From assembly GCA_038060895.1 (NCBI GenBank), contig JBBTCT010000018.1:1-64000 (forward strand): a DNA stretch of 64,000 bases, written 5' to 3'. The DNA is from Planctomycetota bacterium (GTDB lineage Bacteria > Planctomycetota > MHYJ01 > WSZJ01). How positions within the stretch are numbered: the first letter of the stretch is position 1; the number at the start of each line of letters is the position of its first letter. Position numbers and translations under genes: made by a program. Below the pieces are notes generated by a model. The model saw only the letters and a list, made by a program, of their open reading frames with translations, was not told where the DNA came from and ran no database searches. This document shows, piece after piece, positions 43,112 to 51,136 of this stretch.

Positions 43112-45426
43112 CGCCCCACCACCAGCCGCTCCAGCAGCCGTTCGGCGGCTTCCTCCGCGCGACCGCCGTCCATCCCCGCTTTCCACGCATCCAGCGCGGC
43201 CTTGGCCCGCTCGCGGAAGCGCGCCGCCTGCTTCAGGTCCCCCAGCTTCTCGTGGCAGTCCGCCATCCGCGCCAGCGCCACCGCCGTCTCCGAGCCGCCT
43301 TTCGTGGCCCACGCCTGCCCGAACGCCTCCAGCGCCCCCGCCGTCTCTCCCACCTGCCAGAGCGACTCGCCCAGCAGAAGAGAAGTCCTCCGGGCGTCCG
43401 CCTCGCTCGCCGCGTCACGCGCCCGGCCGGGAAGCGCCAGCGCCGATCTCAGCCGCTTCGCCGCTTCGTCCCATGCGCGGCGCGTCATGGAAAGCCGTCC
43501 GAGGGTCGCCTCCGCCGTGAAGCGCTGGGCCCAGGCGGCGGGAAAACGTCGAACCGCGTCCACCAGGTTGCGCTCTGAGCGCGCAGCGCTCGCCGCCGCT
43601 TCGGAATCTCTCCCCGCAGCGCGAAGCCCCGAGGAGATCCGTGCCTGCACCTCACCGAGGGCGAAGAGCGCGTCCCGCCAGCGAGGGGCTTCGGGCGTCA
43701 CGTTGTCGTACCCGAAGAGGAAGTCCGCCAGCGTCCGCTCCGCGGCTTCGAGATTCCCCAGTGCCTCCTGCGACCGCGCCAGGGCCACGAAGGCCTCGTG
43801 CGCCCACCGCGGCGCGTTCCGGTGCTCTTCGAGGAACTTCGCCAGCTCGGTCACCGCTTCGTCGTGCCGGCCCAGTTCCTGAAGCGACCGGGCGCCGAGC
43901 CAGCGGGCTTCTGCGGAGCGTTCGTCGCTTTCGCCGAACTCGTGGGCCAGGCGCCGGAGGGGGAGGACGGCGGCCTGGTGAAACCCGCCGAGGAAGAGCT
44001 CGCGCGCGCCCAGGAAGCGGTTGTCGCTGGAGCGGGACTTGACGACCAGCGGGCCATCGGCTGCGTGGAGCCGAAGTTCAGCGGCCCGGCCATGGAGGGC
44101 ACGCGCTTCGAGTGCGATTTCCGCAGCAGGTGTTCCGGCCTGATCGGAAGTCCGTGCCCGCTCGTCGGCCAGTTCCGCCCTTCGGGCCGCGACGGCGGCC
44201 GCGAGTTCCAGGGCGGCCTCGCTGTCGCCGAGCGAGTGCGCGAGGCCTTCGGACGCGCGCGCCAGCGCTGGCAGGTCGTTCGGATCGGGGCCGTACCGGA
44301 AGAGGTTTTCGAGGTCGCTCAAGGGATCCCCGGGGGGGACGAGGGCGGCGGGGAACGGGCGGGCGCCCAGATGCTCAAAGGCTGCGGCGTACGCGGCGGC
44401 GGCGTCGGCACGGCGGCCGGCTTCGAGACGGCGGCGGGCAATTCGGGCGCGCGCGGCGAAGAGAGCCTCTGCGGACGCGGGCAAATTGCGGAATTCGGAG
44501 AAATCGCCGTGGAAGAGCGGGTCGTCTGAGGTCGCGCCGGCCTCCAGCAGGGCGATTCCGGCGCGCTCGCGAAGATCCGTCCCGGGTCCCTGGCTCAGCA
44601 GCGCGCGCAGAAGGACCGCGGCTTCCGGGGCCCGTCCCAGCGAGATCAGCGCCCCGCCGCGGTCGAGCCGGGCTTCCGCCGCGTCGCGATCGAGTCCGGC
44701 CTTCTTCAATTCGTCTGCAGCATGGCTGAGCTCCGCTTCCGCTTCTTCTGCCTGCCCGATGCGCGCAAGAACACGGCCCAGGGTGCGCCGCGAGAGGCCC
44801 CTTTCGCGTCCTTCGGCGTCCTCGCGGACGAGCCTCCGGGCGGTTTCGACTGCGCGTGCGCGGTCGTCGGCGTTTCCCGAGGCGAGGGCGAGCGCGAGGT
44901 CGCGCCGTCCGTCCGAGCCGAGATCCCGCGCGGTCTCCAGTTTTTCGAGCTCCGCGATCGCCTCGGCCGAATATCCAAGCGCGATCATCCGCCGTGCGGC
45001 AGCAAGACGCAGCCGCCGGGCCTCGCGAGCATCCGCGCCGAGCGACGACGCCTGCGCGGCGCGCCACGCGGCGAATTCCAGCGCGCTGGTCAAGGGCGCC
45101 CGCTCAAGCCCCGCTTCCTCCAGGCGCGCTGCGGCGGCGAGGAGGGAAGCGTCGCCCGCCACCGCGCGGTGTTCCGCGGGAGAATCCGGCCCGGCGGGCC
45201 GCCGGGCGAGGACGACTTCCGCGCGGATTCGGGCTTCGGAGAATCGACCTTCCGCCATGGCCCTGCGAGCGCGGTCGAGCTCCGCTCGTTCGGCCGCGAC
45301 GCCGACGCCGCCACCGGCGAAGAGCCAGAGGATGGGGAGGGAGGCGAGGGCGGCGAGAAAGAGGGCGATGCGCCAGCGGGCGGCGAGGCGCCAGGGGGAG
45401 CGTGGGGAATCGGCGGGGGCGGCCAC
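43108..45426 (-). CDS. Large TPR-repeat protein with N-terminal membrane anchor
   Basis: N-terminal hydrophobic helix; repeated Ala/Leu-rich TPR-like helices (e.g. WRDALFALG). Confidence 0.7.
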   Translation of the reverse strand: MAAPADSPRSPWRLAARWRIALFLAALASLPILWLFAGGGVGVAAERAELDRARRAMAEGRFSEARIRAEVVLARRPAGPDSPAEHRAVAGDASLLAAAARLEEAGLERAPLTSALEFAAWRAAQASSLGADAREARRLRLAAARRMIALGYSAEAIAELEKLETARDLGSDGRRDLALALASGNADDRARAVETARRLVREDAEGRERGLSRRTLGRVLARIGQAEEAEAELSHAADELKKAGLDRDAAEARLDRGGALISLGRAPEAAVLLRALLSQGPGTDLRERAGIALLEAGATSDDPLFHGDFSEFRNLPASAEALFAARARIARRRLEAGRRADAAAAYAAAFEHLGARPFPAALVPPGDPLSDLENLFRYGPDPNDLPALARASEGLAHSLGDSEAALELAAAVAARRAELADERARTSDQAGTPAAEIALEARALHGRAAELRLHAADGPLVVKSRSSDNRFLGARELFLGGFHQAAVLPLRRLAHEFGESDERSAEARWLGARSLQELGRHDEAVTELAKFLEEHRNAPRWAHEAFVALARSQEALGNLEAAERTLADFLFGYDNVTPEAPRWRDALFALGEVQARISSGLRAAGRDSEAAASAARSERNLVDAVRRFPAAWAQRFTAEATLGRLSMTRRAWDEAAKRLRSALALPGRARDAASEADARRTSLLLGESLWQVGETAGALEAFGQAWATKGGSETAVALARMADCHEKLGDLKQAARFRERAKAALDAWKAGMDGGRAEEAAERLLERLVVGR

Positions 45427-45429
45427 GGC

Positions 45430-45765
45430 TCAGGCCTTCGGCGCGTAATAGTCGGGGAATTTCTTGGCCATGATCTCCTTGATCTCGAGGAGCTGGTGGT
45501 GCAGCTTGAGCAGCTTGATCCACTCGATGATCTTGAAGACGGGTTCGTCATAGAGCCGGTGGCCGGACTTGGTCGCCTCGGCGGCGTGGATGAGGCCGAG
45601 CATCGTGTAGTTGTGAACGGTCTGGCGTGTGAGTCCGGTGTACTGCATGACTTCGCCGATCTTGAAAAGTTTGCGTGGGCCTGAAGTCGGAGGGGCCGTG
45701 GCCGGCGCGGGCGCCGGTTCGGGGTCCTTGGCGGTGCGAGTTGTGCGGCGGGTGGAACCGGCCAT
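45430..45765 (-). CDS. MerR-family HTH transcriptional regulator (DNA-binding domain only)
   Basis: FKIGEVMQYTGLTRQTVHNYTMLGLI...GHRLYD, LLEIKE. Confidence 0.88.
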   Translation of the reverse strand: MAGSTRRTTRTAKDPEPAPAPATAPPTSGPRKLFKIGEVMQYTGLTRQTVHNYTMLGLIHAAEATKSGHRLYDEPVFKIIEWIKLLKLHHQLLEIKEIMAKKFPDYYAPKA

Positions 45766-45838
45766 GGCGGGAACGACCTCCGGGGAAGGGGACTCGACGG
45801 AAATGGTACGGCATGAAAGAGGGGGGCGGGCAGGCGGA

Positions 45839-45874
45839 TTTACATTATGTCAGTCATAAAATGTAAAGTGTAAA
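45839..45874 (-). promoter_or_regulatory. MerR-type promoter with 19-bp spacer and overlapping dyad
   Basis: TTTACA-N19-CATAAT; dyad TTTACATT-N13-AATGTAAA. Confidence 0.65.
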
Positions 45875-45886
45875 TTAGTATCGGCA

Positions 45887-46030
45887 GACCGCGCACGAAA
45901 CCTTCGGCCTTCGACGCGCGACGCTGGCCCGTCCGGCGCGCTCAAGGAGCGGAATCTTGTGCCGGGGCTTACCGTGCGCGCCGGACGAGCCATCGCCGCA
46001 CGCCTCCGGCCGAAGGTTTCGCGCGCGGTC
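45887..46030. repeat. 144-bp long hairpin (MITE-like)
   Basis: GACCGCGCACGAAACCTTCGGCC inverted at 46008-46030 (22/23); inner CGTCCGGCGCGC/GCGCGCCGGACG stem. Confidence 0.8.
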
Positions 46031-46055
46031 CGGGTCCTTGATCGATGGCCGCCGC

Positions 46056-47981
46056 CTAGACCCTTACTTCCAGATCGTCTCCTGAAGCCAGCTCCACCCC
46101 GCTCAGCGCCGGCTCCACTTCCTCGAGCAGGAACAGATCCACCTGCTCCGGGGCGCGCCCGACGTACCGCTTTGCATCCAGCAACTCCGCGCCCTTCCCC
46201 TTGAGCACGGCGAACGCCGGGTCCGCCGCGAGCCGCTCGAACAAGTCGTTCGGCTTGCCTTCTTCGCGGACTTTCGCGAAGGCCGCCACTGAGGCCTCGC
46301 GGATTTTCTCGTGAAGCTGCTGCCGGTCGCCGCCCGCCTTGACCGCCGCCATCAGGAGGTCCTCCGTCGCGAGGAACGGAAGCTCCTGTCGCAGATAGTT
46401 GTCGATCACCTTCGGGTAGACGACCAGCCCCTCGGCCACGCTGATCACGAGATTGAGAATCGCATCAGCGCCGAGGAACGCCTCCGGCACGCTCAGCCGC
46501 TTGTTCGCCGAATCGTCGAGCGTCCGCTCAAACCACTGCGCCGCCGCCGTGAGCGGCATGTTCGCTTCCAGCGAAATCACAAACCGCGCCAGCCCCGCGA
46601 TCCGCTCGCTCTTCGCGGGGTTCTGCTTGTACGCCATCGCGCTGGACCCGACCTGCCCTTTCCCGAACGGCTCCTGAAGCTCGCCGCGCGACTGCGCCAG
46701 ACGCACGTCGTTTGAAAATTTCGCCGCACTCTGCGCGATCCCGGACAGCGCCGCCATCACCTGCGCGTCCACCTTGCGCGTGTACGTCTGCCCTGTGACC
46801 CGGAACGCGCTCTTGAACCCCATCTTCTTGGTCAGCCGCCGATCCAGGTCCTCCACTTTCTCCTTGTCCCCTTCGAACAGCGCCAGGAACGACGCCTGCG
46901 TCCCAATCGCTCCCTTCACGCCCAGGAACCGAAGCGAGTCCCTCCGCGCGATCAGCTCCTTGAGGTCGATGAGCAGGTCCTGCAGCCACAGGCAAGCGCG
47001 CCGCCCCACCGTCGTCACCTGCGCGGGCTGAAAGTGCGTGAAACCGAGGCAGGGAGTGTTCTTCCACTTCGCCGCAAAGTCCGCGAGCGCCCGGCATGCC
47101 CTCGCCACCTTCGGAATCAGCAGCCCCAGCGCTTCCCGCATCACGATCAGGTCCGTGTTGTCCACCACGAACATGCTCGTCGCGCCCAGGTGGATGATCC
47201 CCGCCGCGCCCGGCGCCTGCTCGCCGTAATGGCGGATGTGCGCCATCACGTCGTGCCGCGTCTCGCGTTCGATCTCCGAAGCCCGGCTCGCGTCCACACG
47301 GTCGCGCGCCGACTTCAGCTCGCCGATCTGCGTCTCCGTGATCGGCAGTCCCAGCTCCTTCTCCGCCTCCGCCAGCGCAATCCAAAGGTCGCGCCACGTC
47401 GTAAACCGCTTCCTGTCCCCGAAGAGCTCGATCATCCTCCGCCCCGCATACCGCTGAGTCAGCGGGTTCACCCAGTCCGTCGCCGTCCCTCCCGGGGTGA
47501 CGTTGCGCGGCACCGCGGGAAGGGGAGTGAGCGGCCGCGATGACGACGGCCGCACCCCACGACGTACTTCGGCCTTGTCGTAATCCTGCGGCCCGTTTGC
47601 AGGCGCCACGGGCGGCGGCCGGTCCTTCCTGCGGAACGAACGCGTCGCTTCGTCCCGGCTCTTGTACCGCTTCAGGAAATCGTTCAGCCCCAGCGTGTCG
47701 AACTGCGCCTGGACCCGCGTCCCAACCTGCACCAGCGCGACCGACCCGCCCGCCGTTTCGTTCTCGTCCGTAAACGTCACGAGCATCGCAATCCCTACGC
47801 TCGCCACGAAATCCACCGCTTCCATGTCGATCACGAAATCCCGCATCCCGCCGCGCCTCAGGTTTTCCAGCGCTTCCTGCAGAAGCGGAGTCCCCGACTG
47901 GTCGATTTTCCCGCGGAGCACGATGAGCCGCGCGTTCGAGTCCTCCGGGAGCCTCGAGACGGCGATATCGAGCTCGCTCAC
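46056..47981 (-). CDS. purB: Adenylosuccinate lyase with N-terminal STAS (anti-sigma antagonist) domain
   Basis: aa 1-115 STAS (LRGKID, DMEAVDFVASVG, FDTLGL); linker; NPLTQRYA, RHDVMAH, HLGATS, GFTHFQPAQ, GSSAMAYKQNP. Confidence 0.9.
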   Translation of the reverse strand: MSELDIAVSRLPEDSNARLIVLRGKIDQSGTPLLQEALENLRRGGMRDFVIDMEAVDFVASVGIAMLVTFTDENETAGGSVALVQVGTRVQAQFDTLGLNDFLKRYKSRDEATRSFRRKDRPPPVAPANGPQDYDKAEVRRGVRPSSSRPLTPLPAVPRNVTPGGTATDWVNPLTQRYAGRRMIELFGDRKRFTTWRDLWIALAEAEKELGLPITETQIGELKSARDRVDASRASEIERETRHDVMAHIRHYGEQAPGAAGIIHLGATSMFVVDNTDLIVMREALGLLIPKVARACRALADFAAKWKNTPCLGFTHFQPAQVTTVGRRACLWLQDLLIDLKELIARRDSLRFLGVKGAIGTQASFLALFEGDKEKVEDLDRRLTKKMGFKSAFRVTGQTYTRKVDAQVMAALSGIAQSAAKFSNDVRLAQSRGELQEPFGKGQVGSSAMAYKQNPAKSERIAGLARFVISLEANMPLTAAAQWFERTLDDSANKRLSVPEAFLGADAILNLVISVAEGLVVYPKVIDNYLRQELPFLATEDLLMAAVKAGGDRQQLHEKIREASVAAFAKVREEGKPNDLFERLAADPAFAVLKGKGAELLDAKRYVGRAPEQVDLFLLEEVEPALSGVELASGDDLEVRV

Positions 47982-48397
47982 TGGATCGTCGCCTTCTGCG
48001 CCGGCAGCCAGAGCGCAATCGCGACGTAGACCCCGAGGACAAGCAGGAGCAGAGTCGAAACGAGCCAGACGCGGGTCAGGCGCCGCGGCATCACGAGTTC
48101 GGCGAGGACGAACGCGCCGAGAGGCAGGAAGAGCAGCGCGCCCAGCTGCGCTACGGCGCCGAAGAGCGGCTTCGAAAATGCCGGAATCACGCTTCCGCCG
48201 ATTTCAAGGCGCGACGCCAGCGCATTGACGTGATAGACGCTCCAGCCCGCAAGCGTTCCGTAGAGAAGAAGGGTCAGCCCGAGGTACGAATAGTGAACCG
48301 CCGGTTCCGCGCGATCGTTCCCGGTCTGCGGCGTCGCCCCCGGCAGCCCCGCCGGAGTCGGATTCGCCTGTCCCGCCGGCATTGTCTCGTCAGTCAC
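47978..48397 (-). CDS. Hypothetical membrane protein (about 3 TM)
   Basis: Hydrophobic segments; stop overlaps the STAS-purB start. Confidence 0.6.
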   Translation of the reverse strand: MTDETMPAGQANPTPAGLPGATPQTGNDRAEPAVHYSYLGLTLLLYGTLAGWSVYHVNALASRLEIGGSVIPAFSKPLFGAVAQLGALLFLPLGAFVLAELVMPRRLTRVWLVSTLLLLVLGVYVAIALWLPAQKATIQ

Positions 48398-48668
48398 GCG
48401 GCCTCCCCGCTCCTGCTTCCTCGAGCATCCGGGCAAAACGCGCGGGTTCCATCCGGAACTTGCACGCCAGCTGACCGTCGATGAAGGCCTGCGGCACCGA
48501 CTCCGCGTACTCCGCCGCCAGCGCCGCATCTTCCAGCACGTTGACCACCTCGACCTCGAACCCGTACCACATCAGGAACGCCTCGGCCGCCCCCTTCATC
48601 TCGTCACAAAGAGGGCAGCCGGGTCGTGAGAGGATCTTGACGCGGACGTCAGTGCTTGGGGAACTCAA
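48390..48668 (-). CDS. Glutaredoxin-like protein (DUF836-type)
   Basis: SRPGCPLCDE, EY...VPQAFIDG; probable TTG start. Confidence 0.8.
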   Translation of the reverse strand: MSSPSTDVRVKILSRPGCPLCDEMKGAAEAFLMWYGFEVEVVNVLEDAALAAEYAESVPQAFIDGQLACKFRMEPARFARMLEEAGAGRPRD

Positions 48669-49512
48669 ACTTCGCCTCGTTCTCCTTCCACCACGCCTTC
48701 CACTTGTCCGCCACCGCCCAGCGGTCTTCCTTCCCCGCATACATCTTGTAACCCATGTCGAACCCCGTTCCCCACTTCAGCCCCTCGATCGCCATCATCC
48801 GGATCTCGGGAACCTCGCTGTACAGGAAGTCGATCAGTGACTTCACGCCGTCGCGACACTCCGCTCTCGTCAGCGCATCGGCCAGCATCACCCTCCATGC
48901 TTCCGTGCCTTCGTTGGAGTGCTTGAGAAGCGCCTGCCGGGTCGCGTCGTGCGGATCCCACGCGGACATGATCTTCAGCAACTCGCCGCGAACGCTTCCG
49001 TCGCTGAGATACGGCTCCAGGATGGGTGCGGCCTCCGCCGGCTTCGATTTCGTGAGAACCAGGATCGCGTTCGGCCGGGAGGGTGACTGAAGCTTGCGGA
49101 CGAGGAGGACGAGGTAGGGAAGCAGCTTGTCCGAAGGAAGGGCCAGTCCTTCCTCGATGGCCTTTTCGGGCTTCAGCTCATGAAGCGCCTTGAGGTACGC
49201 GTCGATATTGGCGCGGACCACGGGGTCCATCGGGGTGCCGGCGAGCGCGCTTTCGAGATCATCTCCGCTCAGCGGACGAGAGGGGGGCGAGAGCGCGTCC
49301 ACCTTCCGCTGCAGCACGGTCATAAGCTGGTTGAGGGCGCGGACATCCCGTTCGAGTTCCGCGACGTGCTTGATCATCTCGCGCACGGTGTTGTCGGAAG
49401 CGGCCTGCCGCTCCGCGACGTTGTCCAACCCCACGGAAACCTTTTCGACGTCGCCGGGCGTCGCACAACCCGCTGCGGCAACGGCAAAGAGCAAGGCAGA
49501 GAACTTCTTCAC
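48649..49512 (-). CDS. Lipoprotein with coiled coil and HEAT-like repeats
   Basis: Lipobox AAGC after KKF signal; coiled coil; C-terminal 'LKWGTGFDMGY...AVADKWKAWW'. Confidence 0.75.
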   Translation of the reverse strand: MKKFSALLFAVAAAGCATPGDVEKVSVGLDNVAERQAASDNTVREMIKHVAELERDVRALNQLMTVLQRKVDALSPPSRPLSGDDLESALAGTPMDPVVRANIDAYLKALHELKPEKAIEEGLALPSDKLLPYLVLLVRKLQSPSRPNAILVLTKSKPAEAAPILEPYLSDGSVRGELLKIMSAWDPHDATRQALLKHSNEGTEAWRVMLADALTRAECRDGVKSLIDFLYSEVPEIRMMAIEGLKWGTGFDMGYKMYAGKEDRWAVADKWKAWWKENEAKFEFPKH

Positions 49513-49624
49513 GGGCGATCCTCCAAGTCGCGGCGTTGGCCGCGTGTGTCCCCCCGGGGACGAAGGGCTGAGCGTCGGGCGAAGGGGGGATTGTAGTGAT
49601 CTGCCGCTCGTTCGGCCAGAGCGA

Positions 49625-49746
49625 CTCATAGCGTGAGAAACAATCCGGTGGGTCAGGCTGCGTCGGCCCAGTGGTGGTTGTTTGCAGGGCTCTTCTTTTT
49701 CGGGCCGACTCCGCCCGACCCACCGGATTGTTTCTCACGCTATGAG
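49625..49746. repeat. 122-bp MITE-like element with 30-bp perfect TIRs
   Basis: CTCATAGCGTGAGAAACAATCCGGTGGGTC perfectly inverted at 49717-49746. Confidence 0.88.
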
Positions 49747-49819
49747 GGAAAACGACTCTTCTGAACGAAGTGTCTGAACATTCCTCATCGCGGGCCCGAT
49801 TTCAGCACGCAGTTTTCCC

Positions 49820-49940
49820 AGCGCGCGTGAACCTTGCGAGCGACGGCGAGCGGTCGGGGCTCGCGGCACGGCGTCGAGCCTTTCCGACGCCGGGCCGCGA
49901 GGTCCGACCGCCGACGGCGTTCGCAAGGTTCACGCGCGCT
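49820..49940. repeat. 121-bp long hairpin abutting the purM stop
   Basis: AGCGCGCGTGAACCTTGCGA perfectly inverted at 49921-49940; imperfect pairing continues to the centre. Confidence 0.85.
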
Positions 49941-51004
49941 CACCACTTGATCGCGACTTCGCGCTTGCCCCGCTTGACGGTGCCTACGATGGCGGCGGTC
50001 TCGCCGGATTCCTGCAGCCGGCGGACGACGGCCTTCGCGTAGTACGGATCGACGATCATGACCAGTCCCAGGCCCATGTTGAAGACGCGGACCATTTCGT
50101 CGTCCGGGATGCCGCCCTTCTCCTGCAGGAAGCTGAAAATGCGCGGGACGGGGATTTCGCCGATCTTGATTTCGACGTCCACGTCCGGAGGAATCACGCG
50201 CGGGACATTTTCCACGATCCCGCCGCCCGTGATGTGAGCGATTGCTTTCACCACCTTCTTTGTCCGGTAGGGCGCAAGCACGTGTTTCATGGACCGGACG
50301 TAAATCCGGGTCGGCGTCAGCAGTTCCTCGCCGAGCGTGCCGCGGAGCCCTTCGATCCGGTCCTCGAGCTTCAACCCCGCTTTTTCGAGAAGGACCTTGC
50401 GCACGAGGGTGAAGCCGTTCGAGTGAAGCCCGCTCGACCCGACGCCGATCACCGCGTCGCCGACGCAGACCGATTTCCCGTCGATGATCCGGTCGCGTTC
50501 CACGATTCCCGTGCAGAATCCGCCCATCTCGTATTCGCCTGTCCCATAGTCGTCAGGGTGCTGCGCCGTCTCGCCGCCGAGCAGAACACAGTCCGACAAT
50601 TCGCAGCCGCGAACCAGGCCCTTCACCACGTCCAGCATCAGCGCCTCGTCCATTGGCCCGACGGCAATGTAGTCGAGGAAGAACAGCGGCTCGGCACCGG
50701 AGACGATGAGGTCGTTCACGCTCATGGCGACCAGGTCGATCCCGACCGTGTCGTGCTTCCCGGTGGCCTGCGCGATCTTCAGTTTCGTTCCGACTCCGTC
50801 CGCGCAACCGACCAGGACGGGGTCCTTGTATTGCTTCTTGAAGAGGTTCGCGGGGCCGTTCAGGGCGAAGAAGCCGGCGTACCCCCAGTCGTTCTGGATG
50901 ACGCGCGGGTTGTAAGTGCGGCGCATGAGGCCGAAGAGTTTGTCGATGAAGCGGTCTTTGGCGACCGTATCGACGCCGGCGTCCTTGTAGGTCATGCGCG
51001 CCAT
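49940..51004 (-). CDS. purM: Phosphoribosylformylglycinamidine cyclo-ligase
   Basis: TYKDAGVD, DGVGTKL, GIDLVAMSVND, GGETA, SSGLHSNGF, AHITGGG, FNMGLG. Confidence 0.96.
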   Translation of the reverse strand: MARMTYKDAGVDTVAKDRFIDKLFGLMRRTYNPRVIQNDWGYAGFFALNGPANLFKKQYKDPVLVGCADGVGTKLKIAQATGKHDTVGIDLVAMSVNDLIVSGAEPLFFLDYIAVGPMDEALMLDVVKGLVRGCELSDCVLLGGETAQHPDDYGTGEYEMGGFCTGIVERDRIIDGKSVCVGDAVIGVGSSGLHSNGFTLVRKVLLEKAGLKLEDRIEGLRGTLGEELLTPTRIYVRSMKHVLAPYRTKKVVKAIAHITGGGIVENVPRVIPPDVDVEIKIGEIPVPRIFSFLQEKGGIPDDEMVRVFNMGLGLVMIVDPYYAKAVVRRLQESGETAAIVGTVKRGKREVAIKW

Positions 51005-51055
51005 GGATCGTGGGCTCCTGTTGATTGCGGGCGCGGGATGCTAACCGAGGGAGGA

Positions 51056-51136
51056 GGTAGTTGGTAGGAGGTAGGGGGTAGTAAAGACGCGCGTGCCCAA
51101 AGTGCCGTAACTACCCCCTACCCACTACCCCCTGCC
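51056..51136. repeat. GGTAGNN heptamer palindrome (family Y, copy 2) between purF and purM
   Basis: GGTAGTT GGTAGGA GGTAGGG GGTAG inverted against CTACCCC CTACCCA CTACCCC CTGCC. Confidence 0.85.

Noticed and set aside
846-51136. CRISPR array interpretation of the short repeats
   Set aside because: Units are 6-10 nt, tandem and inverted, with no 25-40 nt repeat-spacer periodicity and no cas genes.
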